From Azolla caroliniana (lineage: Eukaryota > Plantae > Polypodiophyta): a stretch of DNA of 45,183 bases. The position numbers and the translations under genes are program-made. Where the stretch lies: positions 1 through 45,183 of the forward strand of contig JBHGNT010000249.1 of the NCBI GenBank assembly GCA_043228905.1, given 5' to 3'. Positions 10,729 through 24,500 of the stretch are shown piece after piece; positions within the stretch are counted from its first letter, which is position 1, and the number at the start of each line of letters is the position of its first letter. The notes under the pieces were generated by a model that saw only the letters and a program-made list of their open reading frames with translations, did no database searches and had not been told where the DNA came from.

Positions 10729-13700
10729 TCATACTCTGATGTTTGGTTCTGAATCAAGGAACTCATTGATGTCGTGAATATTGTGATAGAAGAAACTTCG
10801 GGGATTATGAGATAGACGTGTTGCCCCAAAACCTCTGTATTTCTCTTTCTGATGGGCTGTTGCAATGTCTACAAACTTTGTGACCAACTCACTTTTAATA
10901 AGGGTTGATTGACGTTTGAAATCATCTAAATGCATCCACTACACAAAACAAAATGCCATCATCATCATCATGTGCATAGATAAAACAGTCTTAGCTAGTG
11001 CTTCACACTTATAACATACCTTGGCTGCTGCTATTTCAGATTCCTGCACCACTATTTTCGATGATAACGGTTTCAAAACACAAAGAAAAAAGAGATCCGA
11101 CTTGCCAAATGCAACATCATGTGCTTGCCTATAGAAAAAGAAATCACCAGGAGATAAACATAACGAGTTCAAAACACATTTCCATTATTCATAGATTGAA
11201 AGAATTTTTCTGAGACTAAAGCCTAGATTTGAGTGATGATGGTGCACCAAATGATGGAAACCATAAATGAGTTGCAAATAAAAGTGAGCATAGAACGAAG
11301 AGTCCTTGTCCTAATCAGAGGGTCACCAAGATATTATACATTTTACATATACCTATATTTATACTCTCAGTGACATTATCTATTTATTTAGCATCCTTTA
11401 GGATGCACAAGGTATTGTCTATCTCTCACAATGGTTAAAAGCAGGAATTATGTGCAACTGGAAAGATTTGAAACATTTGATAGTTGAGACACCTGACCTG
11501 ACGCCAAGTACTTCAATGAACTCAGTTTGAACCTGTTATTCAGAGCAATCATCAAAACTAATAGAAGATCTACTCTGTCGTTATCCAGCTACTTTGTCTG
11601 AAAAAAACCATAACATGACTTACAGATGTTTCCTCTTCTACTTCACGCACTATCCCATCCTTGATGTCTTCTCCCTGTCCATATAAAACAATATATACAT
11701 GGTTATTAAAAAGTATTAGGTTTTTCAAACAAGATTCGAGCATATATTATGAAAGAGAAACAAAAAATCACTACAACACCCACACCCAAAGGTGGGGTCA
11801 TTCATAAAGCACGGGACTTACTGCCTATTTAATATGTGAGCCTATGCTTCCAACCAAACTTTGAGTAAGTATTCAGAAGATAAATTTAAGTGCCTTCTTA
11901 AGCAATAAAGAAATTGCACACCGCAAATTTTCCTATTTTTCTCAACAACAAATCTTTCTTATTACCATTGCTCACCATGTGTACCATACCGGTTGGCACC
12001 TTCCAAAAACCAGTATCCTTTGTAGGGCCCGTTAGTTCTTGTACAACCAAGATCTAAGAGAAAACTGATAGATTTTAGCGGCATAGGATTGTCATATGCA
12101 GAAAAACAATCTTCAGCATATTGTAGCAAAGGGTGATTATACACCTCATTTTTGTCATTTATTACAATTGCACCAGCTCCAACTTGATGAGAAGCATTAG
12201 GAGGAAGCGTAGATGGACTTTCAGGAATCCAGTATGTAAGCATAATGAAGTCAGGTTCAGCATGGTGATACACAAAGCCCTCCTGGAACACATTATACAA
12301 AAGACTTATCATCATTACAAATGTAGACTTAAAATTGAGCGGAAGCCAAAGAATGGCTCAGCATGGTGATGCACAAAGACCTCGTGTGTAGCATTCAAAA
12401 GAAAAAAAGCTTTCCTATCTAAAAGAAGCACACTCAAGGGTGACAAAATATATTTAGATGATGATTCACTCTAATTCAATTGACACATTGTAAAAAAAAC
12501 ATGCCATGAGTGCTCGATGCAAGAAAGGAAGGAAAATGGGTTGTATATAGAGATGGCAAGGTCATTATTATGGAGAAGAGAGCCGCATGACGATGTAAGG
12601 AATTGCAATGGCTCTCTAAGGACAGATGTCGGGTATTTTGAAGATACCTTATAGAACACAGATATTGCTAGGTATACGGAGACCCAGCAATGCATAGCTA
12701 GTAAACTCCCCAATGTACAAGGATATAAATGGGAATTAGTATGTCGTCCTCAACCACAAACACTAGGAAACATTAGAGGCTCAGGATGAGTGGCTATGTT
12801 GTACAAAAAGGAGCTCCATGAGAGAGTGCATGTTGTGCATAGGGATATAGATTCATGTTATATGCGAATACATATCAAAAGAGGGGATCTTATGGAACTA
12901 TATATGGTAATTTACTTTCGATCTACCAAATCACTAAGCAAGGTTATAATGTCTACTTTGATAGCTCAGTTTTGGAAGTCATTGACACCAACAGCCTACA
13001 AATTGTAGCTAGTGGCACACAGAAGGGCAGCCTCAGGGCCAGGATCATGATGGATTGGTAGGTGAGCACTTTATCTATGCCCATGACATCTTGCTCCCAT
13101 TGCTTGCACAGAACTTTAATAGAGTTGTGCATGAAGGTTTCCCTACTAGATGGCCAGAAAATCCCATTGTGTAAATCCTCAAGAGTGGAGATCCATGATG
13201 CTGGTCAACTATAGGATAATCATGATTGGAGATTACTTGGCTAAACTATATGGCTCGATCCCACAGTCAGAATTGAGTATATCGGCAGAGCAAAATGGTT
13301 GTCGTTCAGCTGGACAGGCAGGCTTTTGGAATGGGTCCATAACTTTGGATCACATATTGACCCTCCAATCCCTTATTGAGGAGGGCCGACCCCATAATAA
13401 GAGGATTTATTGCTGCTTAGTGGATTTCAAAAAAGCCTTTGACACCAACACTCCTCTATGGAGTAGAAACATTGGAACCAAGTCTTAACAAGGCAAATAA
13501 CTGGAAAGATTTAGAGAGACTTTTAGTCTCAACGATTGCCTGCATGATAATAAGCAAAGCATGAGCGCCCCATGATATAATCTGGGCAGAGATAGGAGCA
13601 ACCCCTATAATCACCGAGGCATTATTACAATTAGTGACCCATAACCAATGGCTTTGGAGCTTCCTAAAGGAAGGTACTCAAGGTTGGTACTTATGTCATC

Positions 13701-15052
13701 AAAACAACTTGCTGAACATGGAGACATTCATTGTTGGTACACTGAATTGCAACAATGGTTCAAGTCACATGGCATAAGCATAAATGCACTACCCCCAATC
13801 CAATAGAGCTTGGATTGTCCCCATCTAAACATGACCAAAGTGGGAAAAAATACAATGATCCGAACTGATATTATTAACTTCGAAAACAAGATAACATGAA
13901 TCAGCCCCAAAATATCACTTAGTACGAAGATGGCCCACTATAAGACACACTTTTTACACACATTGAAGAATGGATTCATCACCAAGCAATCTTATATGGA
14001 CATCTATTCTATCGCTGCGCAGTGTGATAGGACAGCTGCGAACTTCATCAGCAAGTGGATTGAGGTTGGCAGATATGCATGAATACCTCTAGAAGACGGA
14101 ATTTACCAATTGTGTCATCAGCAAGTGGAATCTGAAGAACACTATGTTTGTCACTTCAAAGTTTTTTATGTAATAAGAGGCAGATATTGCCTCTTTAAAC
14201 AAAGGTTTGGCCCTCAAGCAAGGTAATGGAATATGAGAACCAACAGGCTTTGAATTTTTCTTGCTAGTACCCAAGAGATACAGGGAAAAGTTATTGAAGG
14301 ACAACAGTACAGCCACACAAGCTCATCAACAAAGAACTACTATAACTTTCTTTACGCCCATCACTTCTACTCATGCTACAAGCCAATCAAGGGCTACATA
14401 AATGGGTTCCTAAACAAGACACAGCAAAGGCGTTACAATAGATCAGGAAATAGTAATTTGTTGTGCACATAGGCCCCAACCCACCCCATGGACCATAATC
14501 TCACCAACCTTGTAATCGAAAAATAAAGGCTATTATCCCCCGTCATCATGGGTACTTCCCTCACTTCAGAGACATCTCCATTCTTGATTGACCTATCCTA
14601 AAGATCTTTCGAAGAAAAAAATTACAATATATATGACTCGAGAATCTTACATGTACCGATAACAAGATTCTTTAGTTTCTTTTTATCTTATTTACTTTTT
14701 ATACTTACTAACATTTATTTATTTTGATTTGTTCTCAACGATGAGATAACACTTAAGATGCAATATCTTGTTTGCTCTTATAGGCCATTTTGGCCTCTTA
14801 AAAGATGTTAATATTTCTTTCTTTCTTCCAGCAACTCAAATATGTTACTCAAATCAACAAAAGATGTTCTATATTTAAAGAACTACTTTACCTCCACAGC
14901 AGGATGGACAAGGTTTGAATTCTTAATCGGTAGCTTCAGCCATATCCCTCTAAACGACTGCAAGAAACCAAACATTTAATCGAACAAATCTGACACATTA
15001 TGCAGCAAACAAAAACTCTATATTTCAATATCATAGACTTCACATCAAGGAG

Positions 15053-15112
<60 letters not shown>

Positions 15113-16062
15113 AGTATCTGGACATAAAATACTGCATACAGGATAAATTTTAAATTATTAATTTGAAATTTTGATTACAACATTTAAAGGGGAGTAATTT
15201 ACTTGCTAAATACCAGAATAGACATTCTTATTTATAGATAGTGCATGCCATAATTCTTGTTTTTCAATGCTTCAGTTAATGCAATGTAATTAAGATAAAT
15301 GCACAAGTAAACTCTACTCTTCCAGAACATAAATTGCCTCAACGTGGAGTCAGATATTTACCGCTCAACAAATGATGTTTATACATGATGCCATGTGTGG
15401 AATTAATGGATTTATGCTTGGTCATGATACATTAGCTCCATATTAGGGCTAAGAAATTGGTGAAAATGTAGACCATGACACTTTGAGAGTCATATCTCTA
15501 CTCCAGATTATAAGGCTACACTCCCAATCATCAGTGAAGAGAGCAGAGCAGGTGGGCAAGAAATTAAGATATTTGACATAGTGCCCAAGCAAGATACAAT
15601 ACCAGCTGCCATACTTGTTCATTTTACACCTCTGGTGCTTTTCTCACTTCAAGACCTCTACATACTTGTTCAGCTCATGTTGGTGATATTTCAAAGGCAG
15701 AAGTTTCAGTCCATCCAGGCTCAGAATCTTAAGTGCTTAAAGGATGAGATTATTTGATACTGTAGGCAGTTTTAGTAATTGAGTTATATCTATATGGGTT
15801 AGTTCTTCAAAAAAATGAGACCACGTTTTAAGACATGGTCTCTCATTCGGTCTAGTGGGCTGTTCAGGTCTCTTAAAAGAAGTTAACCCATTTCCCTCTC
15901 TAATTGTACAGTAGTCTCCAATGCCTAAGGGTATCAAACACCAGCTTATGCGATGGGGAGGGTAAAGTTATAGATCTTTGAGTGAAAATCCACAAAAAGG
16001 GTGCCAAAATCTTCGCAGTTAACAATGCCCCAAGTTGGCTCTGACAAACTGGGCATGTAAGG

Positions 16063-16137
<75 letters not shown>

Positions 16138-16305
16138 TACATACACGTGTACCTTTGCTCTCCAGTGATCCATAGATACTCTGAGACGCTCGATGAAGTG
16201 AGAAGGAACGGTAGGGAAGTCAGCTGAATTGACGATGAAGCCACCATAGCTATCTTCAGTACCTGTGAAGATCAGCGGATCTTCGTGTGAGCTACAGGAG
16301 TCCAT
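10729..16305 (-). CDS. Nudix hydrolase, AtNUDX2/6/7/8-like subfamily, copy B, 279 aa (possible 42-aa N-terminal extension from ATG 16431)
   Basis: Eight GT-AG exons: 16305-16153, 14957-14892, 12282-12145, 12053-11976, 11674-11624, 11532-11498, 11128-11020, 10938-10729 (840 nt). Exons 1-7 are the same size as in copy A. Nudix box reads PTGMVHMGEDIKDGIVREVEEETSV. Confidence 0.93.
12405..14829 (+). mobile_element. Internally deleted, degenerate RTE-X-like LINE in intron 2 of Nudix copy B
   Basis: Endonuclease-like remnants, then the RT N-terminal part YRIIMIG..LAKLYGSI..QAGF..TLDHILTLQSLIEEG..RIYCCLVDFKKAFDT, then C-terminal remnants. The 3' end GGCCATTTTGGCCT..AGATGTTAATAT-(TTTC)n matches the LINE at 36465-38340. 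Absent from copy A. Confidence 0.85.
15054..15108. repeat. (GT)n microsatellite in intron 1 of Nudix copy B
   Basis: Directly visible, absent in copy A. Confidence 0.97.
16065..16140. repeat. (TC)n(AC)n microsatellite just inside the intron 1 donor of Nudix copy B
   Basis: Directly visible. It gives the ERERER tails in ORFs 15900-16247 and 15946-16440. Confidence 0.97.
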
Positions 16306-18107
16306 GATCCACGTTAAAGGACAAACAAAGGAAGCATTTTGGCATTTATCTAAAAAGCATTGTCGTCGACACAGGAGATACAGAATCTGTCTGAGAGAGA
16401 AAGAGGCTCTTAGCACCACCAAAGGGAGCATTAAATTCACACGCTTCTCTTGCTTTTGATCTGTAATTCAATATATGTATATTATATATTCGCTTTTCAC
16501 ATATAAAGTACATATAAATTCCCATTTTTATGTGAGAGACCCCTACAAATTACAAATTATGCATGTCGATTTGACATCCCAAAATTCTATTTTCCATTAT
16601 ATACATACATATTGTGGTGTGCATGTGGCTGGTTTTGATCTCTTTATGTGCACTTCACATTATGTCACTTATTATAGATACTATAATGTGTGTATAATAA
16701 TATATTTATACTATGTATATGTTTTTTCTTCTAAAAAATTATATGTTTTTTATAACAGGCTAAAAATAATATCATCATCATCATGATTCATCATCATATA
16801 TGTAATTATATATATTCTTTTATTCTTTACTAATAATATTAGTTGAAATTTTAAACAATAACCTTTATTAAATACTCTTGAGAGTGTAAACTCTAGGTTT
16901 GATTTTAATGTTTTAAGTTTTAAGTTAAAACTAAATTGTTTACTTACCTAAAATTTTAAGTTAAAACAAAATATTTCACTAACCTTTTTTTCATACTTAT
17001 TAGTAAAAACATTTAACACAATATTTATTTTAGGCATTTCATTATCTTTTCTTTTCAAAAAAACATATCTTTCCATTACTTTTAAAAAGCATATCAGCTA
17101 CAAAATACAAAATAGATGGAAAAGAAATACAAATTAGTTTTATATTATCTTTGTGAGGTAGTTATGTTTATTTGTGCATCTTTGTGTACTTTCTATAGTA
17201 ATGAAATGTATAACAATGAAGCATTATATAGAGCTTTTCATTATTAAAATTTGTATTTCAAATGACATGTTAGCTTCTGCACTCTCATGTCATATGACAT
17301 ACATCTTTAAAAAATGCCCGTCAAAAAACTTTAATGCTAACCCATCAAATTCAGGCCCTAGTTGTTGTTATTTCTAATTCCTGAATTCCTTCAATTCCAT
17401 TCAGATCATACATCTCTTTTTATCATACTTAATTGCTTGAGTTTAGCAAATAAGGTCACCAAATCATTCATATCACTTAGTGATTCATAAAAACCCTCTA
17501 AATGTGAGAAAGGAACAATATCTGCAAGTGATTTTATTTCTTCCTGTTCTCGTATGGAAGTTTGGACTATGTAGTACAGTTGTGATACTATGGTGTGTAA
17601 TGCATCTGTTAGCAAAAGAATATTTTGGGCAAGGAAGCTACAATTGGTTATTTCATGAGACATGAAATCAATTTTAATTGCAACAAAGCTAGCTTAATGG
17701 TGTCTTGTTGCACTTTATTTTCTAGACAGAAATTCACATCAATACCAACATCTTCATGCCCTACATCCATTAGCAACTACTGAAGTGCAGCGGTAGGATG
17801 GGTGTAGGAAATTTGTAGCTCATATCAAACAGCTCATAATGCATAAAATCAAGTATGTTAGGACACAATTATTAGTCCATCTTCATTTCTTTACTATTAC
17901 TACCTTGCCTCTCACCACCCAGCGTTGCCTATGGAGTTTGGTTATAACTAGTTGTTCATGTTCCTCATCACAAGTGCAAAACTGAAGGTCATTGGACTAT
18001 CATTTATGATGTGGATGATGCAATATATAGATAGAAGATACTCTTCCAGGTCAATACTTTTGCAACACACCTACCACAAGTGACAAGATGATGCAAACAT
18101 TACTGGA

Positions 18108-18220
18108 AAACTGGCTTTTATTATGTTCAGATGAAAAAACAATTGAGAAACTGGCTTTTATTGTGACCAGGTGCAAAATTTACCAAGAAAGTTGACTTTA
18201 TTATGGTCAGGTGCAAGATA
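18108..18220. repeat. Three degenerate ~40-bp tandem repeats downstream of MIP2
   Basis: AAACTGGCTTTTATTATGTTCAGATGAAA / AAACTGGCTTTTATTGTGACCAGGTGCAAA / AAAGTTGACTTTATTATGGTCAGGTGCAAG. Confidence 0.75.
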
Positions 18221-18516
18221 CAGATGTTCGTCATTTCAGCTGCAAGCCCTTACCTGACCTCAAAAATGTGTTAACAAATGAATCTGAATGGTAACTTCCA
18301 TGAGGGGAGATTTCTTGCAACCTCAAACTTGTTCAGTAGTTACATATGTACAAATAAATACATCCACAAGATGGTGAATAAATGAAACTAGAATGCAGGC
18401 ACCTACTCTTAAATGCAACCCATCATTACATCTCCATGTGGAAGGCAAGACATCATTATGTTTCAACAGAGAAAAGAGAATACACATGCCCCAATGAACA
18501 CTTCAATTGAAGATTG

Positions 18517-21500
18517 TCACAACATATTTGCCATAACCTTCAGAGCTGACTCTATTTTATTGCCTACGTTGCATTGAAGATGGCTCACATTATTGCATAT
18601 ACATGTTAATGATCCAAGTTTGTCGGAAGTGATATCAGATTTATCGAATAACTGTGATCTTCTCACCTTCAAAAACTGTTCGAGTGCAATAAATGCAGCA
18701 TTCCAGGTCATCAGTGATGGATGGATCCTCATAAGTTGCAATATCAAGGCACTTGCAACTGCATATTGACTTGTTACAACTAAGCTGGCTATATAAGATG
18801 GCAATATGACATCAAGTGCAAAACGAGATGAAGAAAGTGAAGTGTTCAGAACAGTGGAGGTGACTGACGCTGATAGTAGACAAAACGATGTAGAGAATTT
18901 GGGGTTGTCTGCCCATATGGCAACATGTCCTGATGCCAAAACAAGTGTGAGAAGACATTCATCAATATATATTGTTCCCTTTTCTGATAGACAACTGTTA
19001 TTGATCACCTTGCCTTCTATAACAACACTCTTTAACTTTCTGTCAAAATTTTCGAGGGCATAATTTCGAACACTCTCAAATGGCAAAAGCAAAGACACTT
19101 TTAGAGCTGAATTTGGGCTTTCCTCAGCAAAGCAATTCACTACCTCAAGACTGCCTTGCTCAGTGAGAAGACTCCTTCCACTTGCTGGTTGTGTCTTGTC
19201 AAGAGACTGAAGAATATTCTCTAAATCTCCATAACATGCTAGCTTTTTAAAGGCAATCTTCCAGCATTCATGAAGCATGTGTACACAATTATTAACAAAA
19301 CTACCAGTCTCTACGGACTTCTCCTCGTAATCTTCCCACTCATCATCCCAACCATCAGCTTGGCCCCATTCAGCATTCAAGCTCCCAATCCCCTCTTGGG
19401 TTATTGTCATGGTCTCTGCTGTTCCAACTCCTTCGTTAGAATATGCTTCCCACCCAAAAATATCTCTCCATCCTTCCAACAACCGTACTAGCAAAATTGC
19501 ATGCTCGACAACATTAACCCTGTCTGCAAAAACATTGAAAACAGTGGTTGCCCTGTCCACTGAATCAAGATCCTCCACTTTGACATCAACATCTTGCCAA
19601 AAAGAAGATACAAGTTCTGTAGATTTCAGCGCGGCTATAGTTTGTTGGACAGAGGAATTTTTCTCCACACCAACAGTGGTCGGCTCCCATCCGATCCATG
19701 TTATTGCATGCTTTTGTAGGTAAACATCAAAATGATTGGATGCAGGAATCTCCTTGCTCTCAGAAACAATAGCTTCACGAAGCTTCAACAGCCAAACTCT
19801 TAAATTAGAAGAAAGAGCTCGATTCTCTGCATGATTAGTTAACAACTTCCACACAGAGGTGCGAGCTTCTTTCAATGGATAATTTAGGTTTCCATTATCC
19901 ATCTCAGAATTGGTGCCCAATGATGATACAGCTTTAATCACAGGTTCAAGCTGAAGCTGGAATTCATCAAAACATTTGGCATCACATGTTATAATTGATG
20001 AGCTTATCACTTGAATGTAGATGTTAGGAATATCACTAGTCTTTGTGATACTACAATTGACAATCATACTTTTCAAGTCTTGAATAGCATTGTGCTGAAC
20101 AAGAACAACAGATTGAAAAGCACACCCAGATGATACCATTGCCTTGAGGAACCTCTCCCTGATTCCACCACATTTGACTAGGTTTGGAAGCTTATCAACC
20201 ACTGCCTGAGCTTGTGACATATTGATAGTATTCTTCTCAATTAGTTTCACAAAAGTTTGACAACAACTTCTCATATCTGATAGGGATTCTGTAACCTCTC
20301 TTGAGATATCATCCTCAGGATATTTTTCTACACCCTCTAGACTATCAGTAAATACCACCACCCAGAAATTGAGCAAAGGACACAAACTTTGTACATGGTA
20401 CCCCTCCTCATCTTTTAGGAAACTCCTAGTAGCAACACAAAAGAGTGTTTCCATAGCTATCCACTTGTCTTTCCAACCAAGGTACCTAATGTATTTCTTC
20501 AAAATTTGGTAACTATCCACCAAGGCGTTCATGCTTAATTTGATATCTCCATCACTTAAATCTTTCATTTTGACACAGGAAAGTGAGCCTGCAGCCTGCA
20601 AAGATGATCAGCAACACATAATTGTGAGAAGTTAGAAAATGTTAGAAGCATGTGGCCCTTGAGAAGAGGCAAGTCTATGCAATTGTATATTTGATAGCAC
20701 AGGAACACCTGATAACGATCAACTTTGCTAGCATTCAGAGGCTCAGAATTCTTCAATACTTTTGCCGAGTCTACAAATGATTGGATGACATGTTTTACAT
20801 AATCTTCATCACCACCCACAAATTGATCCAATTTAAAGTTTGTAACATATGGTTCAAGCTCCACAGCGTGCTCAGTTAGACTAAGCTTATGCAAGATGTT
20901 AGATTGCCATCGCTTCCAGAAAATGTTCATGGAGTCAGATACATTCCCTTCCAAGGGTCCTACAAAAGCAAAAGGTAGTACTTACTCAGAGTTTCGTGAG
21001 GTAACTGGCTTCAAAAACAGCTAAAAAGAAAGCACCTAATGAAAATGAATCGCATTTATCATAATAACATGCCTTCATCAGAAACCACATCATGTTTAGA
21101 TTGTCTTAATGACATCAACAACTTCTCTCTTCTGTGTTTCACACTGTGGTTTGGATTTGTCAATGCATACTGTAAGATGCCATACATCAAACCGAACCTC
21201 ATAATCTTGCATGTTTCTTTCAGTTCTCTTCTCTTTTTGAATTCCTTGTCTAAAAGCTCAACAGCTTGCTGATAATTTGCAAGGTTCAAAAGGTAGCCAC
21301 AGCCAACAAGACTTTTATTGTCCTTTGAAATCTCAAGCATTGCAGCATGGGCAAGGTAACACACTAGTTCATCTCTAGGGATCAGATTTGTATGAGCAAG
21401 TCCAAGAAGAATGGTAGACACTGACTTCAAAGTCAGATCATCATGCTGCTTACAGGTAACATCACCAGTTGATTCCATTCCAGCAGCTTGCAAAAGCCAA

Positions 21501-24500
21501 GGCATTCTTATGCAGAGGCCAGGTAAAATTTTCTTCCTTTCCTTCGATAAAAATGTCTCATCTCCAGCACCCTGATTAAATTCTTGTGTTACCTTGCATA
21601 GTAATTTACTTCCCTCTTGCATGGTTTGTATTTTATCTTCATCCCAAGGAATCTCTGCATCATAAATATGGGGAGAATCCTTCAAAGATGTAGATACCTT
21701 CCTGATTTCAATGCATCGCTTGGAAAGGTCAATCTGTTTCCAAGTGTTGAGAAGCTGCCAAACTGAAACCTCATCACAGTAGCTTAGGGCAAAACCAAGA
21801 AGCTCTTTTCGTAACTGCAAGGTTATCCCTTCTACCTCTGGTCCCCTGGCAAGGGCAGCACACAGATCCCATATCGGGCCATGGCCTCGTTTCATTAATT
21901 GAAGGCAGAGGTCAAGAGCTAAACTGATTCTCCCTGATGCTGCTGATTCTCGTGCAATCATTTCTTCTACCATTGCAATGTGTTCATCGCTATTTATTCC
22001 TAATGACCTTGCTATATCCAGAACATCCTCCACCCTCAAGTTTCCATCTGAACTGCTGCTAATCAAAGCCTTCTTGACAATCTCCATGGGGTCTTTTACC
22101 TGTTTGACTTGCATAGGAATTAAAGAGACACCAAGGGCAGGTAGTTTTATGGTAATGGCATCTATGACATCCATTTCAGCAGTAATGGTTTTGCTGTCTT
22201 GCATAAGATTCAAACACATCCGAGCTTTCTCAATCTGTATCAGTATATCAACGCATCAATCAGTACATTTTATCCTTGTGTCATGCTAAACGCCAACAAG
22301 TTAATTGTAAAAACAAGAAGAAAAATCCCCTGATGATGGCCAAATGACTATCAACAACTCGTCACTGATAGAAGATATGACAAGGTTCCAGATTTGGAAT
22401 GTCCATGTCCGATGGAGGATACACTCTTATAATATCAAAATAATCCGAGATAAAACTAGTAAAGAAAGAGAGTTTTCTATTATGATATATATCTGTTGTC
22501 TCATAGATTCATTGATCCATTAACATATAGAAAATAACCAATTGAAATTGCCGCTCGGTATTATTGTTGGTTGTCATTATCACGACAACAATTCTAATTA
22601 GATAGTAAAAATCTATAAACCAGATACCAAAAAGTGTAACTAAAGGGAAGAGATACAAGAGGTCATTAACTTGACACAGTCATTGTAGTTTTAGCATTGC
22701 CACTGCTACTACAAGTTAAGCTCCTTTTGATATAGACGCAGGTAAAAACAATTGCAATTGCCATACCTCTGGTGAATCCAAACTCGAGGACGAATAGAAG
22801 TATTCTCTCGCGGCTTGAATAATGATTGATTCTGCTCTCTCCCGTGATAGTAGACTGTTTCCTACAGATCGTAATTGAGACTTTGCTAGAGAGAATTTTC
22901 CTGCTTTAAGAAGGCCCCTATAGTACTCTAAAAAAAGAAACTGCTTATTCAAGAAAGTAAATGCTTTAGATTGAAGCCTCTGCAGATCATCCCACATGGA
23001 AGCCCACTCTGCATCTGATCGCATTGGCTGGCGACGACTGAATTTGCTTAGCATTAGGATAATAAGCTGTTTCACACCCCTCTCATCCTGTGTGGCCTCA
23101 AAGAACCCTATGGCCTTTGGTACCTGTAGCCCAACAATGGTGCAATAAGACAAAAACATGTTTACCTGAAATATTAGCAACGAATTGTACTACCTGGTAT
23201 TGTGATAGTAACCTTCCAGCTTCAACATGGTTAATGGCCTGTTGAATTTTTCTGTTAAGAGCAATATGCTCCCCTTTCATAGATAATCCTGATCCTCCCC
23301 AAGCTCCTTCACGAACATCTTTCATGAAATGCTCATCACCACGGCGTTGATCTGTTTGGTTATTTGATTGTGAAAGTAAGCATAAGGATGAAAGTTTTGA
23401 TAAAATTGACATCATTAAATCCCACTGATCTGTTCTGCTACAAATGTAGACACAATCTAAACCGGCCTTGATGCATTCGATTTCTGAGCCAAAAAACTCA
23501 TTACAGCCTGTAACCTTACATGCCTCTATTACAACATCACAGATTTGCAGCTGATTATTCTGAGCAATATCCTTCAACCATTTTACAAGCAATAAATCCT
23601 CTTCTTGTTGATGATTATTAGCAACAGTTTTACGATTCATGAAAGAACTAGCTTGCTCCTTTAGCCTATCCAAGATATTTGCTTCATTTACATCCTTCAT
23701 GATATATTTAAACTTATCATAATCAGACATCTGCTGCCAGTTTTGCAGACTCACATTGACGGTTATGTCCTCGTTGCTATTGTATGTGACCCAGTGCAAG
23801 GTTGATATATCCTCCCAAATACTTTCTAAGCTCACAAATCCCTTTTGTTTGCCCAAGTCTAGCAACGTTAAAACATTCTCAAGTTGTCCACTGACATAAT
23901 CTATCTCAGTTGCACGTCTTCTATACCATTCATCCATCTCTTCTTCTGAAGGCCACACAAACCCTATACATGCTTTCACCAAATATTCAGTGCTCTCGCG
24001 TAGGCCTACTACAGAAACTATTTCATCATCCTTGTGTTTTTCAATAATATTTACAATGCCCTCATCCTCTACCCAGTCTCTTTCCCGGCCAGGGATATAA
24101 GGCTGTGGTGGAACCAGCTGCGGTAGTAGTTTATCATATGTATGAGGACCTATAGTTTCAGGAATAGCATCTAATATCTTCAGAAGGAAAGGGGTTAGAG
24201 AGTACATATGGTGTTTATACAGCAAGTACAATGATCCTATTTTTCCTGAACCTGCTAAGCTTAGTGCAACATCAGGAAGCCGTGCCGATCTGAAGATTTT
24301 ATAATCCTTTGAGTTGTACCTATTCAATAGCAGATACTCGCATTAGTAATTTAACAAGTTCGCACAAATCTAACGCAAAGTAAACTTCAGCTTCTATGCA
24401 TAAGTACACCTGCCCATGCTTAAACCGAGGTATGTTTCAAGCCTATCACTGTACTGCAAAATCCGGATTCGTTTCAAGCATAGCTCTCCAATCCAAGAAT

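Larger units (their letters stand above)
9090..16453. repeat. Tandem segmental duplication, copy B
   Basis: Paralogue of ~150-4735. Longer because of a 2.4-kb LINE in Nudix intron 2, additional intron 1 sequence and microsatellites. Confidence 0.9.

Noticed and set aside
18806-19723. Plus-strand ORFs of 73-104 aa
   Set aside because: Antisense shadows of the large final MIP2 exon.
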